64,000 bases of DNA from an uncultured Peptostreptococcaceae bacterium (GCA_905235115.1 CAJOKT010000003.1:11774-75773); one strand, 5' to 3'. Positions 9,616-19,391 are shown, numbered from the stretch's first letter. The notes: generated by a model from the letters alone, not told the origin. Made by a program: numbers and translations.

Positions 9616-11433
9616 ATGAACGCGAGAGAAAAGACGAGTGATCTCATACTCTATGCCTTAGTCGGAGCCATACCAGTAATATGGATAGGCCTTGTATTAG
9701 CTCCATACTCAAATGAAGGTATTGTATATATTGCATCGCATATTGACGATATATTCAGCGATCCATTTGATATAAGGCTGAATGGAAGCAGCATCAGAAC
9801 GGTGCTGCTTTTCCTTTTGGCCTATGCTATGGGAATAGGCATTTATCTGTCGTCAAGGAAAAATTACAGACGGGGTGAGGAGCATGGCTCGGCTAAATGG
9901 GGTGCACCTTTTGCACTGAATAAGAAGTATGCAGACCACGACTATGAAAATAATAAACTACTGACTCAGAATGTCAGGATCGGACTTGATGGCAGGAAGC
10001 ACAGAAGAAATCTTAATGTGATTGTGATCGGCGGTTCAGGTGCAGGTAAGACCAGATTCTACTGCAAGCCCAACCTCATGCAGTCCAATACTTCGTTTGT
10101 CGTGCTCGACCCAAAAGGTGAGCAGTTAAGAGATACAGGTCACCTACTTGAAGAAAAGGGATATGAGATTAGAGTGTTGGACCTTATTAATATGGACAGA
10201 TCTCACTGCTATAATCCATTCGTCTATTTACGAAATGACAATGATGTACAGAGACTTGTGACCAACCTGTTCAAGGCAACTACACCCAAAGGATCGCAAA
10301 CCAGTGATCCGTTCTGGGATACAGCAGCACAAATGCTTTTGCTTGCACTCATATTCTATCTTCTGTATGAAGCACCTGTAGAGGAGCAGAATTTTGCAAT
10401 GGTTATGGAGATGATCAGAGCTGGGGAAGTCGATGAAGTAAACAACTTACCAAGTGCATTGGACAATCTTTTTAATGATCTGAGGAAGACAGATCCGTAT
10501 CACATATCGTTAAAATACTATGATGCCTATCATACAGGAGCTGCAAAGACTATCCAGTCCATTCAGATCACTCTGGCATCCAGACTTGAGAAGTTCAACC
10601 TTGAGAGCTTGGCTAAACTTACAATAACCGATGAGATGGATCTGGAGCAGCTTGGAGAGAAGAAGTATGCCATCTTTGCACTTATACCGGATAATGACAC
10701 CTCCTTCAACTTCCTGGTATCGATGCTGTATACTCAGCTTTTCCAACAGCTATTTGAAGTAGCCGATAAGAAGTATGGAGGAAGCCTGCCTGTACATGTG
10801 CATTTCCTTATGGATGAGTTTGCAAATGTTTCTCTTCCGGATGACTTCGATAAGATCCTTTCAGTAATGAGATCCAGAGGAGTATCAGTCAGTATAATTT
10901 TGCAGAACCTTGCACAGCTCAAGGCACTATTTGAGAAGCAGTGGGAGAGTATCGTAGGTAACTGCGACGAGTTCGTATACCTGGGAGGAAACGAACAGGC
11001 GACTCATAAATATGTGAGTGAGCTTCTTGGCAAGGAGACCATAGACCAGGATACCTTTAACAGAACGTTTGGGTCCAAAGGATCATACACAAGAAACGGA
11101 TCCCTTCAGGGAAGAGACCTGATGACAGCAGATGAAGTTCGAATGTTGGATAACAGAAACGCAATATTATTTATACGAGGAGAAAGACCTGTGATGGATC
11201 TCAAGTATGACATCATGAAGCATCCAAATGTGGCGCTTTCAGCAGATGGAAAAGCCGAACCATATATCCATGGTGACACCAAGGATGCTATGGGAACCAT
11301 CGTTATAACAGGTCAGGTGGATACAGATGAAGGAGAAAAAAGAGAGCCTCAGGAAAGCAGATTTGAGCTGCTTACGGAGGATGAAATCGAAAACGAAATA
11401 CAACGTACGGAAGGAGAAAGAAAAAATGACTAA
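9616..11433 (+). CDS. Type IV coupling protein (VirD4/TraG family)
   Basis: Two N-terminal TM helices, Walker A VIGGSGAGKT and Walker B HFLMDEF. Confidence 0.9.
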   Translation: MNAREKTSDLILYALVGAIPVIWIGLVLAPYSNEGIVYIASHIDDIFSDPFDIRLNGSSIRTVLLFLLAYAMGIGIYLSSRKNYRRGEEHGSAKWGAPFALNKKYADHDYENNKLLTQNVRIGLDGRKHRRNLNVIVIGGSGAGKTRFYCKPNLMQSNTSFVVLDPKGEQLRDTGHLLEEKGYEIRVLDLINMDRSHCYNPFVYLRNDNDVQRLVTNLFKATTPKGSQTSDPFWDTAAQMLLLALIFYLLYEAPVEEQNFAMVMEMIRAGEVDEVNNLPSALDNLFNDLRKTDPYHISLKYYDAYHTGAAKTIQSIQITLASRLEKFNLESLAKLTITDEMDLEQLGEKKYAIFALIPDNDTSFNFLVSMLYTQLFQQLFEVADKKYGGSLPVHVHFLMDEFANVSLPDDFDKILSVMRSRGVSVSIILQNLAQLKALFEKQWESIVGNCDEFVYLGGNEQATHKYVSELLGKETIDQDTFNRTFGSKGSYTRNGSLQGRDLMTADEVRMLDNRNAILFIRGERPVMDLKYDIMKHPNVALSADGKAEPYIHGDTKDAMGTIVITGQVDTDEGEKREPQESRFELLTEDEIENEIQRTEGERKND

Positions 11434-11758
11434 GATCAAGAACACAGAAGAAAAGAATCATATGAAGAGTGACCGTCTGGCCATGGCAGTCTATACAGGA
11501 ACTGTTCTTGCCATGACGCTTGGTGCAGGGATGGCATTCGCAGACGGGGATCCGATTGCTGTAGTGAACAATCTGTCCAACTTCATATTCTCTCTGATCC
11601 GGGCCATCGGTCTGATACTCCTGGGACTTGGTATCATGCAGGTAGGACTTTCTCTTAAGTCCCATGATCCGTCCCAGAGAGCTAACGGATTCCTGACTCT
11701 GGCAGGTGGAATTATAATCACATTCACGAAGGAGATACTGACTATGATTACAGGGTAG
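11426..11758 (+). CDS. Maff2-like / VirB2-like small membrane protein
   Basis: ATG 11426 follows a GGAAGGAG SD and overlaps the T4CP stop. The ~110-aa product has a signal-like segment and two hydrophobic helices. Confidence 0.5.
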   Translation: MTKIKNTEEKNHMKSDRLAMAVYTGTVLAMTLGAGMAFADGDPIAVVNNLSNFIFSLIRAIGLILLGLGIMQVGLSLKSHDPSQRANGFLTLAGGIIITFTKEILTMITG

Positions 11759-11768
11759 CATTTTAAAA

Positions 11769-11806
11769 AGCAAGGTGCTATTTAGAATGAATGCACCTTG
11801 CTTTGT
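11769..11806 (+). terminator. Rho-independent terminator inside the T4SS cluster
   Basis: 10-bp stem AGCAAGGTGC (11769..11778) pairs with GCACCTTGCT (11793..11802), followed by TTGT. Confidence 0.6.
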
Positions 11807-11905
11807 ATAAGTCGCTTCCGAGTTTACCTTATATATCCTTCTTTTGCATATAATAACATCAGAAAAGTAAAAGATGATATAATAATAAAAAAGGAGGATT
11901 CGGTT

Positions 11906-12739
11906 ATGTCAGAAGAATTATATAATAACGACCCTTTTATGAAATTAAACCCGTTGATTGAGGAGTGCATTGATGAGTTTTATATGAATCCGGATGATGC
12001 CGGGAAAATCAGTAACCTATTTGACACAATCATTATAGCGATGGCTCAGGATGGTCATATCCTCATTCCAGTTGAAACTCCAGACGCTGCTTTAAAAATA
12101 TTCGACCCTGATAAAATCAAGGTTGGAGATACTATACAGGCTGAAGAAGATCTTCACTGGAAGCTAATACATCTCACAAATGATGAAGGCAAAATATGCA
12201 TGCCGATTTTTACTAGTCAGGACAAGATGGAAGAGAGCGGTGCAGGTGGCTGCTCTGTTATATCGTTTTTTATGGATGAGTATTTTAAACAGTTTCTGGA
12301 GATGGAAAATGTTGAGGGCATCATTATTAATCCTGGTGAAAGAAGTATTTTCCTTAATAGAGATATCGTGGCAAGACTGCTTGCTGATTGTCAGGCACAC
12401 AAATCGAAGCCCCACACACCGGGCAAAGATGCATACTTTGTAAATCCACAAAATATTAAAGCAGGACTAAGAGAAACAATGGCGGAATATGTCGATAATA
12501 ATATTCCTGAAGTAGAAAAAATCTGGTTTACTGGAATCCATGACGGCGAGGAAGACAGCTTGCTGTTTGCAGTAAAAATGGATACTGATAATCAGCAACA
12601 AATTTTTGATCGTATGAATACAATGATTATTCTGATGAGAGTAGATATGCCTGTAGATTTTATGGCGTGCGAAGATAAACCATGGGAAGGAGCAGAACTG
12701 ATATATGAGAGGAAGATTGCGGATAAAAAGTATAACTAG
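11906..12739 (+). CDS. SseB-like protein (tentative)
   Basis: ATG 11906 follows an AAGGAGGA SD. The segments HILIPVE..., ICMPIFTSQDKMEE and GIIINPG resemble the SseB N-domain pattern. Low certainty. Confidence 0.45.
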   Translation: MSEELYNNDPFMKLNPLIEECIDEFYMNPDDAGKISNLFDTIIIAMAQDGHILIPVETPDAALKIFDPDKIKVGDTIQAEEDLHWKLIHLTNDEGKICMPIFTSQDKMEESGAGGCSVISFFMDEYFKQFLEMENVEGIIINPGERSIFLNRDIVARLLADCQAHKSKPHTPGKDAYFVNPQNIKAGLRETMAEYVDNNIPEVEKIWFTGIHDGEEDSLLFAVKMDTDNQQQIFDRMNTMIILMRVDMPVDFMACEDKPWEGAELIYERKIADKKYN

Positions 12740-12768
12740 CAGGAATCAATCTAAGGAGGATAAAGGTC

Positions 12769-13008
12769 ATGATGATATCACCAATGGGTTTTATTGAAAT
12801 GCACAAAGAAAAAAGGTACAAGGACTTGATCAAAGTTAGAGACGAACTGATAGATGATTTACGATCTTTTGAAGCGAATCCGGATCAGACGGGCTTTATC
12901 AATCCTTCACCTGAAGTTGTCTATCAAATGAATCTTCAATATCTGGGAAAACTGTGCGAACTGATTGCTGATAAGTATAACAAGGAATACGTTTGGGGAG
13001 AAGAATAA
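12769..13008 (+). CDS. Hypothetical small protein
   Basis: 79-aa ORF with an AAGGAGGA SD. Confidence 0.45.
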   Translation: MMISPMGFIEMHKEKRYKDLIKVRDELIDDLRSFEANPDQTGFINPSPEVVYQMNLQYLGKLCELIADKYNKEYVWGEE

Positions 13009-13110
13009 GAATAAGCAAAGAATCTAATTAGTATTTTTTACAGCCGACATCTATTTGCATGGTGCCGGCTTTTATCATATACAAACACTTTCAGAAGGGA
13101 GGACCCACAA

Positions 13111-13203
13111 TTGAATAAAGGTATAGTCATCGCTCTGGCTGCTGCCGGAGCTTTTTTTGTAGGCTTAAGAATCAGTACGGCGGTATTAGAAAGGAGATCA
13201 TAA
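13111..13203 (+). CDS. Candidate 30-aa single-TM peptide (below the ORF-track cutoff)
   Basis: A GAAGGGAGGA SD lies 7 nt before TTG 13111. It translates to (M)NKGIVIALAAAGAFFVGLRISTAVLERRS. Its TAA overlaps the next ATG (TAATG). Confidence 0.35.
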   Translation: MNKGIVIALAAAGAFFVGLRISTAVLERRS

Positions 13204-13439
13204 TGGAAAATATAAGTGAACCTAAATATTATCAGATTTACCAATTGCACATGAAGAACGGAGAGGTCATAAGCATAGGCGAGGATTACGATATCCCGGT
13301 AGAAAAGGGATTAATAGGTGATTTTAAAAGAGGAAAGAAGAAATTCTTGGAATTCAGCGATATTTTGTGCGGATATACTATTCCGTTTGACCAAATCTCA
13401 TTTATCGCTGCGACTGAAGTTAAAAAGGTATGGGAGTGA
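13203..13439 (+). CDS. Hypothetical small protein
   Basis: 78-aa ORF, translationally coupled to the upstream mini-ORF. Confidence 0.45.
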   Translation: MENISEPKYYQIYQLHMKNGEVISIGEDYDIPVEKGLIGDFKRGKKKFLEFSDILCGYTIPFDQISFIAATEVKKVWE

Positions 13440-13455
13440 TGAAAGGAGGTAAGCC

Positions 13456-14292
13456 ATGTCTGACAACTGGGTAGTACAGCACCTCATAAACACACTGGAT
13501 ACCTGGAATGAGAAGTTGGCTGAAGTATGGCAGCTTCTCACAATGTCCCCCTCGGCTTTCAAAGGTGGTGGCATATGGAGAGTAATTCTGAATATCAACG
13601 GATCCTTACAGGCGATAGGACTGGCTTTGCTGGTCCTTTTTTTCTTGTCCGGAGTTGTTAAGACAAGCGCGAACCTGGGTGAGATCAAACGGCCTGAGCA
13701 TGCTCTTAAGCTGTTCATTAGATTTGCCATTGCTAAGGGTGTCGTCACATATGGTCTTAGCCTAATGATGGCGATATTCAATATAATTCAAGGGATCATA
13801 ACCAGGATCATGAACACTTCAGGCATAAGCGGAGCAACCAAAACCACTCTTCCAGGTGAGATGGTTACTGCCATAGAGGACTGCGGATTCTTTGAAAGCA
13901 TCCCGCTCTGGGCAGTGACAATCATAGGATCACTGTTTGTTACAGTGCTGTCCTTCATCATAATACTCACCGTGTATGGCAGATTCTTCAGGATATATAT
14001 GTATACGGCCATAGCTCCCATACCGTTATCGACCTTTGCAGGACAGCCGACACAGAATATCGGAAAGAGTTTCGTCAAAGGTTATGCCGCAGTATGCCTT
14101 GAGGGTGCCATCATAGTGATAGCGTGCGTGATCTTCAGTATGTTTGCAGCGAGTCCGCCCCAGGTGGATGCAGATGCTGCACCAGCCGCCATGGTATGGA
14201 AGTATATAGGAGAATTGGTATTCAATATGCTGGTGCTTGTAGGAACAGTCAAGATAAGCGACAGATTAGTAAGAGAAATGTTAGGACTATAA
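13456..14292 (+). CDS. VirB6/TrbL-like polytopic T4SS membrane protein
   Basis: 278 aa with at least 5 hydrophobic helices, a GAAAGGAGG SD and a conserved position before prgI/virB4. Confidence 0.6.
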   Translation: MSDNWVVQHLINTLDTWNEKLAEVWQLLTMSPSAFKGGGIWRVILNINGSLQAIGLALLVLFFLSGVVKTSANLGEIKRPEHALKLFIRFAIAKGVVTYGLSLMMAIFNIIQGIITRIMNTSGISGATKTTLPGEMVTAIEDCGFFESIPLWAVTIIGSLFVTVLSFIIILTVYGRFFRIYMYTAIAPIPLSTFAGQPTQNIGKSFVKGYAAVCLEGAIIVIACVIFSMFAASPPQVDADAAPAAMVWKYIGELVFNMLVLVGTVKISDRLVREMLGL

Positions 14293-14304
14293 AGGAGGAA
14301 AAGA

Positions 14305-15276
14305 ATGGGAAACATCAAAGAATTTATGGAACTTGCCAGAACTGAGATCGAAGAGATGATGCCTGCGGACATCATGAAAAACATTACTCTCGAGGAGACT
14401 ACCGTGACCAAGATCAATGACCAGGTACTGCACGGTATCACCTTCAAGAGAGAGGACAATGAGCCGTCTCCAACCATATATATGGATGAGCCTTTCAGAC
14501 AGTATATGGAAGGAGAGAGCACTCTCAAGGGACTTATCAGCCGTACCATACAGGATTATCTCCAGTCACTTAATCAGAAGCCGGAGACTATCATGGAGGA
14601 CTTCAGCTTCGATAACGTGAAGGACAGCCTGACCGTAAGACTTGTTGAAGTCAGCCGCAACAGACAGTTCCTGTCAAACGTACCGTATATGCTTGTAGGA
14701 AACGGCTTCGCATATGTGGCTGACATTAAGGTGAATGACGGCAGTGACGGATACTGGAAGACTACTGTAACAAGAACGCTCATGGACAGTGAGCAGTACA
14801 ACAAGACAGAACTATTCACCAAGGCACTTGCGGGATCTGTAAAGGAAGCTCCTGCCGTAATGAGATCTATGCAGGAGACTTTGTTCGGATTTGAGGAATC
14901 TGAAAACCTGCTTCTTAGTGATGAAGTTATACCCAATAACGATAAGGACCATATGTATGTCCTCTCTTCTGAGGATGGTATCTATGGAGCATCCGTTCTG
15001 TATTATCCGGAAGTGAAGGAGCAGATCGCCGAGAAGCTTGGAGAAAACTATTACGCGCTTCCCAGCTCACTTCATGAGTTCCTCATAGTGCCTGAATCAG
15101 CGGGCATGGATCCTGTGGACCTCGGAAGAATGGTATACGAAGCTAACCACCAGCTGGTGGATCCAAAAGATGTCCTGTCCGACAACGTGCTTCACTATGA
15201 CAGGGATACTAAGTCACTTGAGACCATCCCGAGTGAGATGGTAAGAGACACAAAGGATCAGGAAAGGGTGTGCTAG
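14305..15276 (+). CDS. Conserved hypothetical ICE protein
   Basis: 323-aa soluble ORF with an AAGGAGGA SD, between the VirB6-like and PrgI-like genes. Confidence 0.5.
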   Translation: MGNIKEFMELARTEIEEMMPADIMKNITLEETTVTKINDQVLHGITFKREDNEPSPTIYMDEPFRQYMEGESTLKGLISRTIQDYLQSLNQKPETIMEDFSFDNVKDSLTVRLVEVSRNRQFLSNVPYMLVGNGFAYVADIKVNDGSDGYWKTTVTRTLMDSEQYNKTELFTKALAGSVKEAPAVMRSMQETLFGFEESENLLLSDEVIPNNDKDHMYVLSSEDGIYGASVLYYPEVKEQIAEKLGENYYALPSSLHEFLIVPESAGMDPVDLGRMVYEANHQLVDPKDVLSDNVLHYDRDTKSLETIPSEMVRDTKDQERVC

Positions 15277-15277
15277 G

Positions 15278-15610
15278 ATGGAAGTCAGGATAAACAGAGA
15301 AATAAGGGAATATACGGAAAGTATGTTTTTCGGACTGTCCATGAGGCAGTTCTTTTTTTCTGTCCTGGCTATTATTGCAGCTGTCGGTTTCTACTTCGCT
15401 TTGAGACCGGTCCTTCCAATGGAAACGGTAAGCTGGGTATGTATCCTGGCTGCCGTTCCCTTCGGGGCCATGGGTTTCATAAAGTATAACGGAATGACAG
15501 CAGAACAGTTCGTCATAGCCTGGATAAGATCTCAGATACTAATGCCGAAAAGACTGCTTTTCGGAAACACCAACATCTACTGGAAGTTATTAAAGGAGGG
15601 AAAGAAATGA
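15278..15610 (+). CDS. PrgI/TcpE-like small T4SS membrane protein
   Basis: 110 aa with two TM helices. It overlaps the virB4 start, as is typical of MPF-FA systems. Confidence 0.6.
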   Translation: MEVRINREIREYTESMFFGLSMRQFFFSVLAIIAAVGFYFALRPVLPMETVSWVCILAAVPFGAMGFIKYNGMTAEQFVIAWIRSQILMPKRLLFGNTNIYWKLLKEGKK

Positions 15611-17955
15611 TAAGGACACTGTCTAATACGATAAAACAGGACAGGGTGAAGTTCAGGATACCTAAGATCGTGCAGGATATATTCCCCATGAGGATCGCAT
15701 TCAAAGATGGGATATTCATGGAAGAAAACGGATTGTTTTCGATCATGCTCAAGTTTGAGGATATAAACTATGCTGTGGCTTCCCGCGAAGACAAGGAGAT
15801 GATGTTCCTTAAGTATTCAGATCTCCTTAATTCCCTGGACAGTGGTGCTACGACCAAGATCACCATAAACAACAGGAAGTTCAATAAGACAGACTTTGAA
15901 GAAAAGATCATGATGAAGTTCAAAGGTGATGGCCTGGATGATTACAGAAGCGAATATAACAGGATACTTCTTGATAAGGTTACAGGCGCAAATGCCATCG
16001 TTCAGGATAAGTATATTACGATCTCTGTTCATAAGAAGAATATCGAGGAAGCCAGAAACTACTTTGCAAGAGTAACATCAGATCTCATAGCAAAGTTCAA
16101 CCGTTTGGGATCTGTGTGCACTGTGCTTGATGCCAGGGAAAGACTCAGGATATATCATGATTTTTTCAGATCCGGTGAAGAAACGGACTATTACTTCGAT
16201 ATATCTGACAAGACCAGAAAAGGTCACGACTTCCGCGACTATATATCCCCTGACACTTTTGAATGCAACAGCGACTATTTCAAGATCGGAAATCGTTTCG
16301 GTCGTGTTCTGTTCCTGAGAGGCTACGCTTCATATATCAAGGATTCCATGGTAACGGAACTTACCGATATCAACAGGAACCTGATGTTCTCGATAGATGT
16401 TGTCCCGGTTCCCACGGATGAGGCAGTAAAAGAAGTCGAGCAGAGGCTTCTCGGGGTAGAGACCAATATAACGAACTGGCAGAGGAAGCAGAACATGAAT
16501 AATAACTTCTCCGCCGTTGTTCCTTATGACATGGAGCAGCAGAGGAAAGAAGCAAAGGAATTCCTGGACGACCTTACAACGAGAGACCAGAGAATGATGT
16601 TCTCCGTTATGACTGTTGTCCATACTGCAGACAGTTTAAAGGAACTGGATAACGATACTGAGGCGATCCTGACTACTGCCAGAAAGCATCTCTGCCAGAT
16701 GGCTGTTTTAAGATATCAGCAGCTTGACGGACTTAAGACTGCAGTACCATTCGGTGTGAGAAAGATAAATGCATTCAGGACCCTCACAACTGAGAGCCTT
16801 GCCGTATTCATGCCCTTCCGCGTTCAGGAGATCAGGCATCAGAACGGCATTTGCTTCGGACTGAATGCCATTTCAAAGAATCTGATTATAGCATGCGTTG
16901 AGGAACTCATGAACGGTAACTGCTTCATACTGGGCACATCCGGTTCTGGTAAATCCATGATGGCCAAGTGGTATGCGGAGCTCAAAGCCCTTCAGAAGGA
17001 CGGAGACGTAGTGATCATAGACCCGGAAAGAGAATATCATAATCTGGTAAAGGCCCTCGGAGGAGAGGTCATACAGATATCCGCCACATCCCCCAACCAC
17101 ATCAATGCTCTCGATATGTCGAGGGATTACGGCGAGATAGATCCCGTCATAGAGAAATCCCAGTTCATTATGAGTTTATGCGAGCAGATCATAGCTGGAC
17201 ACAGGTTCACCAAGGGGCAGCAGTCTATCATAGACCGCTGCACTGAGAACGTATACAGGGAGTATCAGGAGCCAAACTATACCATCAAGCCTCCGACACT
17301 GGCAGATTTCAGAGAGGAGCTCCTAAGGCAGCCTGAAAGGGAAGCCAAATCCCTTGCCCTGGAACTGGAACTCTTCACTAAGGGATCACTCAACACCTTT
17401 TCCAAGCAGACGAATGTTGATACGAATAACAGCTTGATTTGCTATGACATTCTGGAACTCGGTGAGCAGCTCAAGGCTGTAAGCATGCTGGTCATACTCG
17501 ATTCGATCCTGAACAAGATCATCGAAAACAGGAAAAAAGGAAGAAAGACATATATCTTCATCGATGAGATATATCTGCTTTTCATGCATGAATACTCCGC
17601 ACAGTTCCTTTTCAAGCTCTGGAAGAGAGTAAGGAAGTACGGAGCCTTCTGCACGGGTATCACACAGAATGTGGAGGATCTTCTCCAGTCTCATACCGCA
17701 CGCACCATGCTGTCAAACTCCGAGTTCATCATCATGCTGAATCAGGCGGCGACGGATAGAAAAGAACTCGCAAAGCTTCTCAATATCTCCGATCTTCAGA
17801 TGTCCCACATAACCAATGTGGACCCCGGACACGGTCTCATAAAGATGGGACCGAACCTGGTACCGTTCGAGAACAGCATTCCGAGAGATACCAAACTGTA
17901 TCAGCTTATGACGACAAAGTTCAACGAAGGCGTAAGGCCCGGTGGTGTTTCATGA
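15607..17955 (+). CDS. virB4: VirB4-family T4SS ATPase
   Basis: 782 aa with Walker A ILGTSGSGKS and Walker B TYIFIDEIY. Confidence 0.9.
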   Translation: MIRTLSNTIKQDRVKFRIPKIVQDIFPMRIAFKDGIFMEENGLFSIMLKFEDINYAVASREDKEMMFLKYSDLLNSLDSGATTKITINNRKFNKTDFEEKIMMKFKGDGLDDYRSEYNRILLDKVTGANAIVQDKYITISVHKKNIEEARNYFARVTSDLIAKFNRLGSVCTVLDARERLRIYHDFFRSGEETDYYFDISDKTRKGHDFRDYISPDTFECNSDYFKIGNRFGRVLFLRGYASYIKDSMVTELTDINRNLMFSIDVVPVPTDEAVKEVEQRLLGVETNITNWQRKQNMNNNFSAVVPYDMEQQRKEAKEFLDDLTTRDQRMMFSVMTVVHTADSLKELDNDTEAILTTARKHLCQMAVLRYQQLDGLKTAVPFGVRKINAFRTLTTESLAVFMPFRVQEIRHQNGICFGLNAISKNLIIACVEELMNGNCFILGTSGSGKSMMAKWYAELKALQKDGDVVIIDPEREYHNLVKALGGEVIQISATSPNHINALDMSRDYGEIDPVIEKSQFIMSLCEQIIAGHRFTKGQQSIIDRCTENVYREYQEPNYTIKPPTLADFREELLRQPEREAKSLALELELFTKGSLNTFSKQTNVDTNNSLICYDILELGEQLKAVSMLVILDSILNKIIENRKKGRKTYIFIDEIYLLFMHEYSAQFLFKLWKRVRKYGAFCTGITQNVEDLLQSHTARTMLSNSEFIIMLNQAATDRKELAKLLNISDLQMSHITNVDPGHGLIKMGPNLVPFENSIPRDTKLYQLMTTKFNEGVRPGGVS

Positions 17956-19169
17956 GAGATATAAAGACAAGGGAATCCAGAGTAGGCTCGGTCAAGACGA
18001 TTGACCGGGCCTCCATGCTCGGAGACAGGATGAAACAGGCAAGCATAAAAGGAAAAGAGCAGATCATAGGGTTCGATCAAAGTGATGATCAGACAGAGAC
18101 TGCATATGCAGAAGAAAAGACGCTTAGTATGGCTGAAGACTCAGTATATGCAGCCGAACATACCGGGGAAAATGCTGTTGAACGAGGCAGGGAACTTGCC
18201 AAAATGGCAAGTGAAAAGAGAAAAGTTGCCAATATGGCAACAGAGTATTACCAATCTGGCAATATGGAGGGAATAAAAAGTGCCAATTTGGCAAGTCTAA
18301 GAAGAGATGTTGCCAATCCGGCAAGTGAGGTTACCAATATGGCAAGTCATTCGGGTAATGTTGCCAATATGGCAAGTCAGACTTGCCAATTTGGCAAGTC
18401 CCGAAGAAGAACAACTGGATCTCCGGACCTGACTCAGGGAATCTCAAGAGATAAAGCCGAATCCATGCTTAAGAGACAATACCAGATCAGGAAAGCAAGA
18501 GAGAGTGTAACCCGTAAAGCCGAAAGAAGCGGAAAGAGGATACTTGCATCCTTAAGAAGAGTCATAAGAGATTCAAAGTTCATCACGGGCTCCCTTGCTG
18601 TAGCGGGAAGTGTCGCATTAATTGCGATAATTGTTTGCACGTTCTTTGGATCAGCCTTCTATATTCTGGGAGATGAGAACAATGAAGGATATATCCTGGG
18701 AGGTTTCGAAGGAATCGGAGATGCAGGGATCGTTGCAGTAGCTGCAAGCCAGGTGGGAAACATTGGAGGAGAGCCATACTGGAGCTGGTATGGCTTCAAT
18801 GACAGAGTTGAATGGTGCGCCTGCTTCGTATCCTGGTGTGCGAACCAATGCGGATATATATCAGACGGGATCATACCTAAGTTTGCAGGAGTAGGCACCG
18901 GTATCAACTGGTTCCAAAACCGCGGACAGTGGCAAGGAAGAGGTTATCATCCAAAGCCAGGGGATATAATCTTCTTTGACTGGGATGGAGACGGATACGG
19001 CAACCATGTCGGAATCGTAGAGAGCAGTGATGACACATATGTCTATACCATCGAAGGAAACTCTGGCGACAGGTGTAAGAGACGAACATACTTCATTACC
19101 AGCAGCATGATCATGGGATATGGGATACCTGCATATCCTGCTGCTGCCATACCACAACCGGAAGAATAA
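17952..19169 (+). CDS. CHAP-domain peptidoglycan hydrolase (T4SS lytic enzyme) with an N-terminal repeat linker and a TM segment
   Basis: The C-terminal domain has WCACFVSWC (Cys) and GNHVGIVE (His). A TM helix (LAVAGSVALIAIIVC) is present, and an ATGA overlap links it to virB4. Confidence 0.85.
   Translation: MRDIKTRESRVGSVKTIDRASMLGDRMKQASIKGKEQIIGFDQSDDQTETAYAEEKTLSMAEDSVYAAEHTGENAVERGRELAKMASEKRKVANMATEYYQSGNMEGIKSANLASLRRDVANPASEVTNMASHSGNVANMASQTCQFGKSRRRTTGSPDLTQGISRDKAESMLKRQYQIRKARESVTRKAERSGKRILASLRRVIRDSKFITGSLAVAGSVALIAIIVCTFFGSAFYILGDENNEGYILGGFEGIGDAGIVAVAASQVGNIGGEPYWSWYGFNDRVEWCACFVSWCANQCGYISDGIIPKFAGVGTGINWFQNRGQWQGRGYHPKPGDIIFFDWDGDGYGNHVGIVESSDDTYVYTIEGNSGDRCKRRTYFITSSMIMGYGIPAYPAAAIPQPEE
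18196..18397. repeat. Array of eight 15-bp palindromes TTGCCA-N3-TGGCAA embedded in the CHAP gene
   Basis: Sites start at 18196, 18226, 18248, 18280, 18310, 18331, 18361 and 18383, giving spacings of 30, 22, 32, 30, 21, 30 and 22 bp. Six sites sit at codon offset 1 and two (18248, 18383) at offset 2. Confidence 0.8.
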
Positions 19170-19212
19170 CTACCAAAATCCGACATAAACGACATATTAC
19201 AGAATGATAATA

Positions 19213-19263
19213 AACAGCCTTTAAGACCTCTGGAGTGAAGATTCGGAGGTTTAGGCTGTTTTT
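19213..19263 (+). terminator. Rho-independent terminator after the T4SS operon
   Basis: AACAGCCT (19213..19220) pairs with AGGCTGTT (19253..19260). An inner ACCTC/GAGGT helix is present, followed by TTT. Confidence 0.7.
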
Positions 19264-19316
19264 GTCGAATTATGACAGATATTTAGCATAAAAACAGGGA
19301 GAAAAGGTAATAGCAA

Positions 19317-19345
19317 TTGTCAGAAAAGTGGCAAGATGGTATAAT
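19317..19345 (+). promoter_or_regulatory. Sigma-70-type promoter for the cargo/defence island
   Basis: TTGTCA (19317..19322), a 17-nt spacer ending in TGg, then TATAAT (19340..19345), about 46 nt upstream of mod. Confidence 0.6.
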
Positions 19346-19391
19346 AAAAATGTATTGATATCAGTTTTTGTAATATAGAAAGAGGAAAAGA

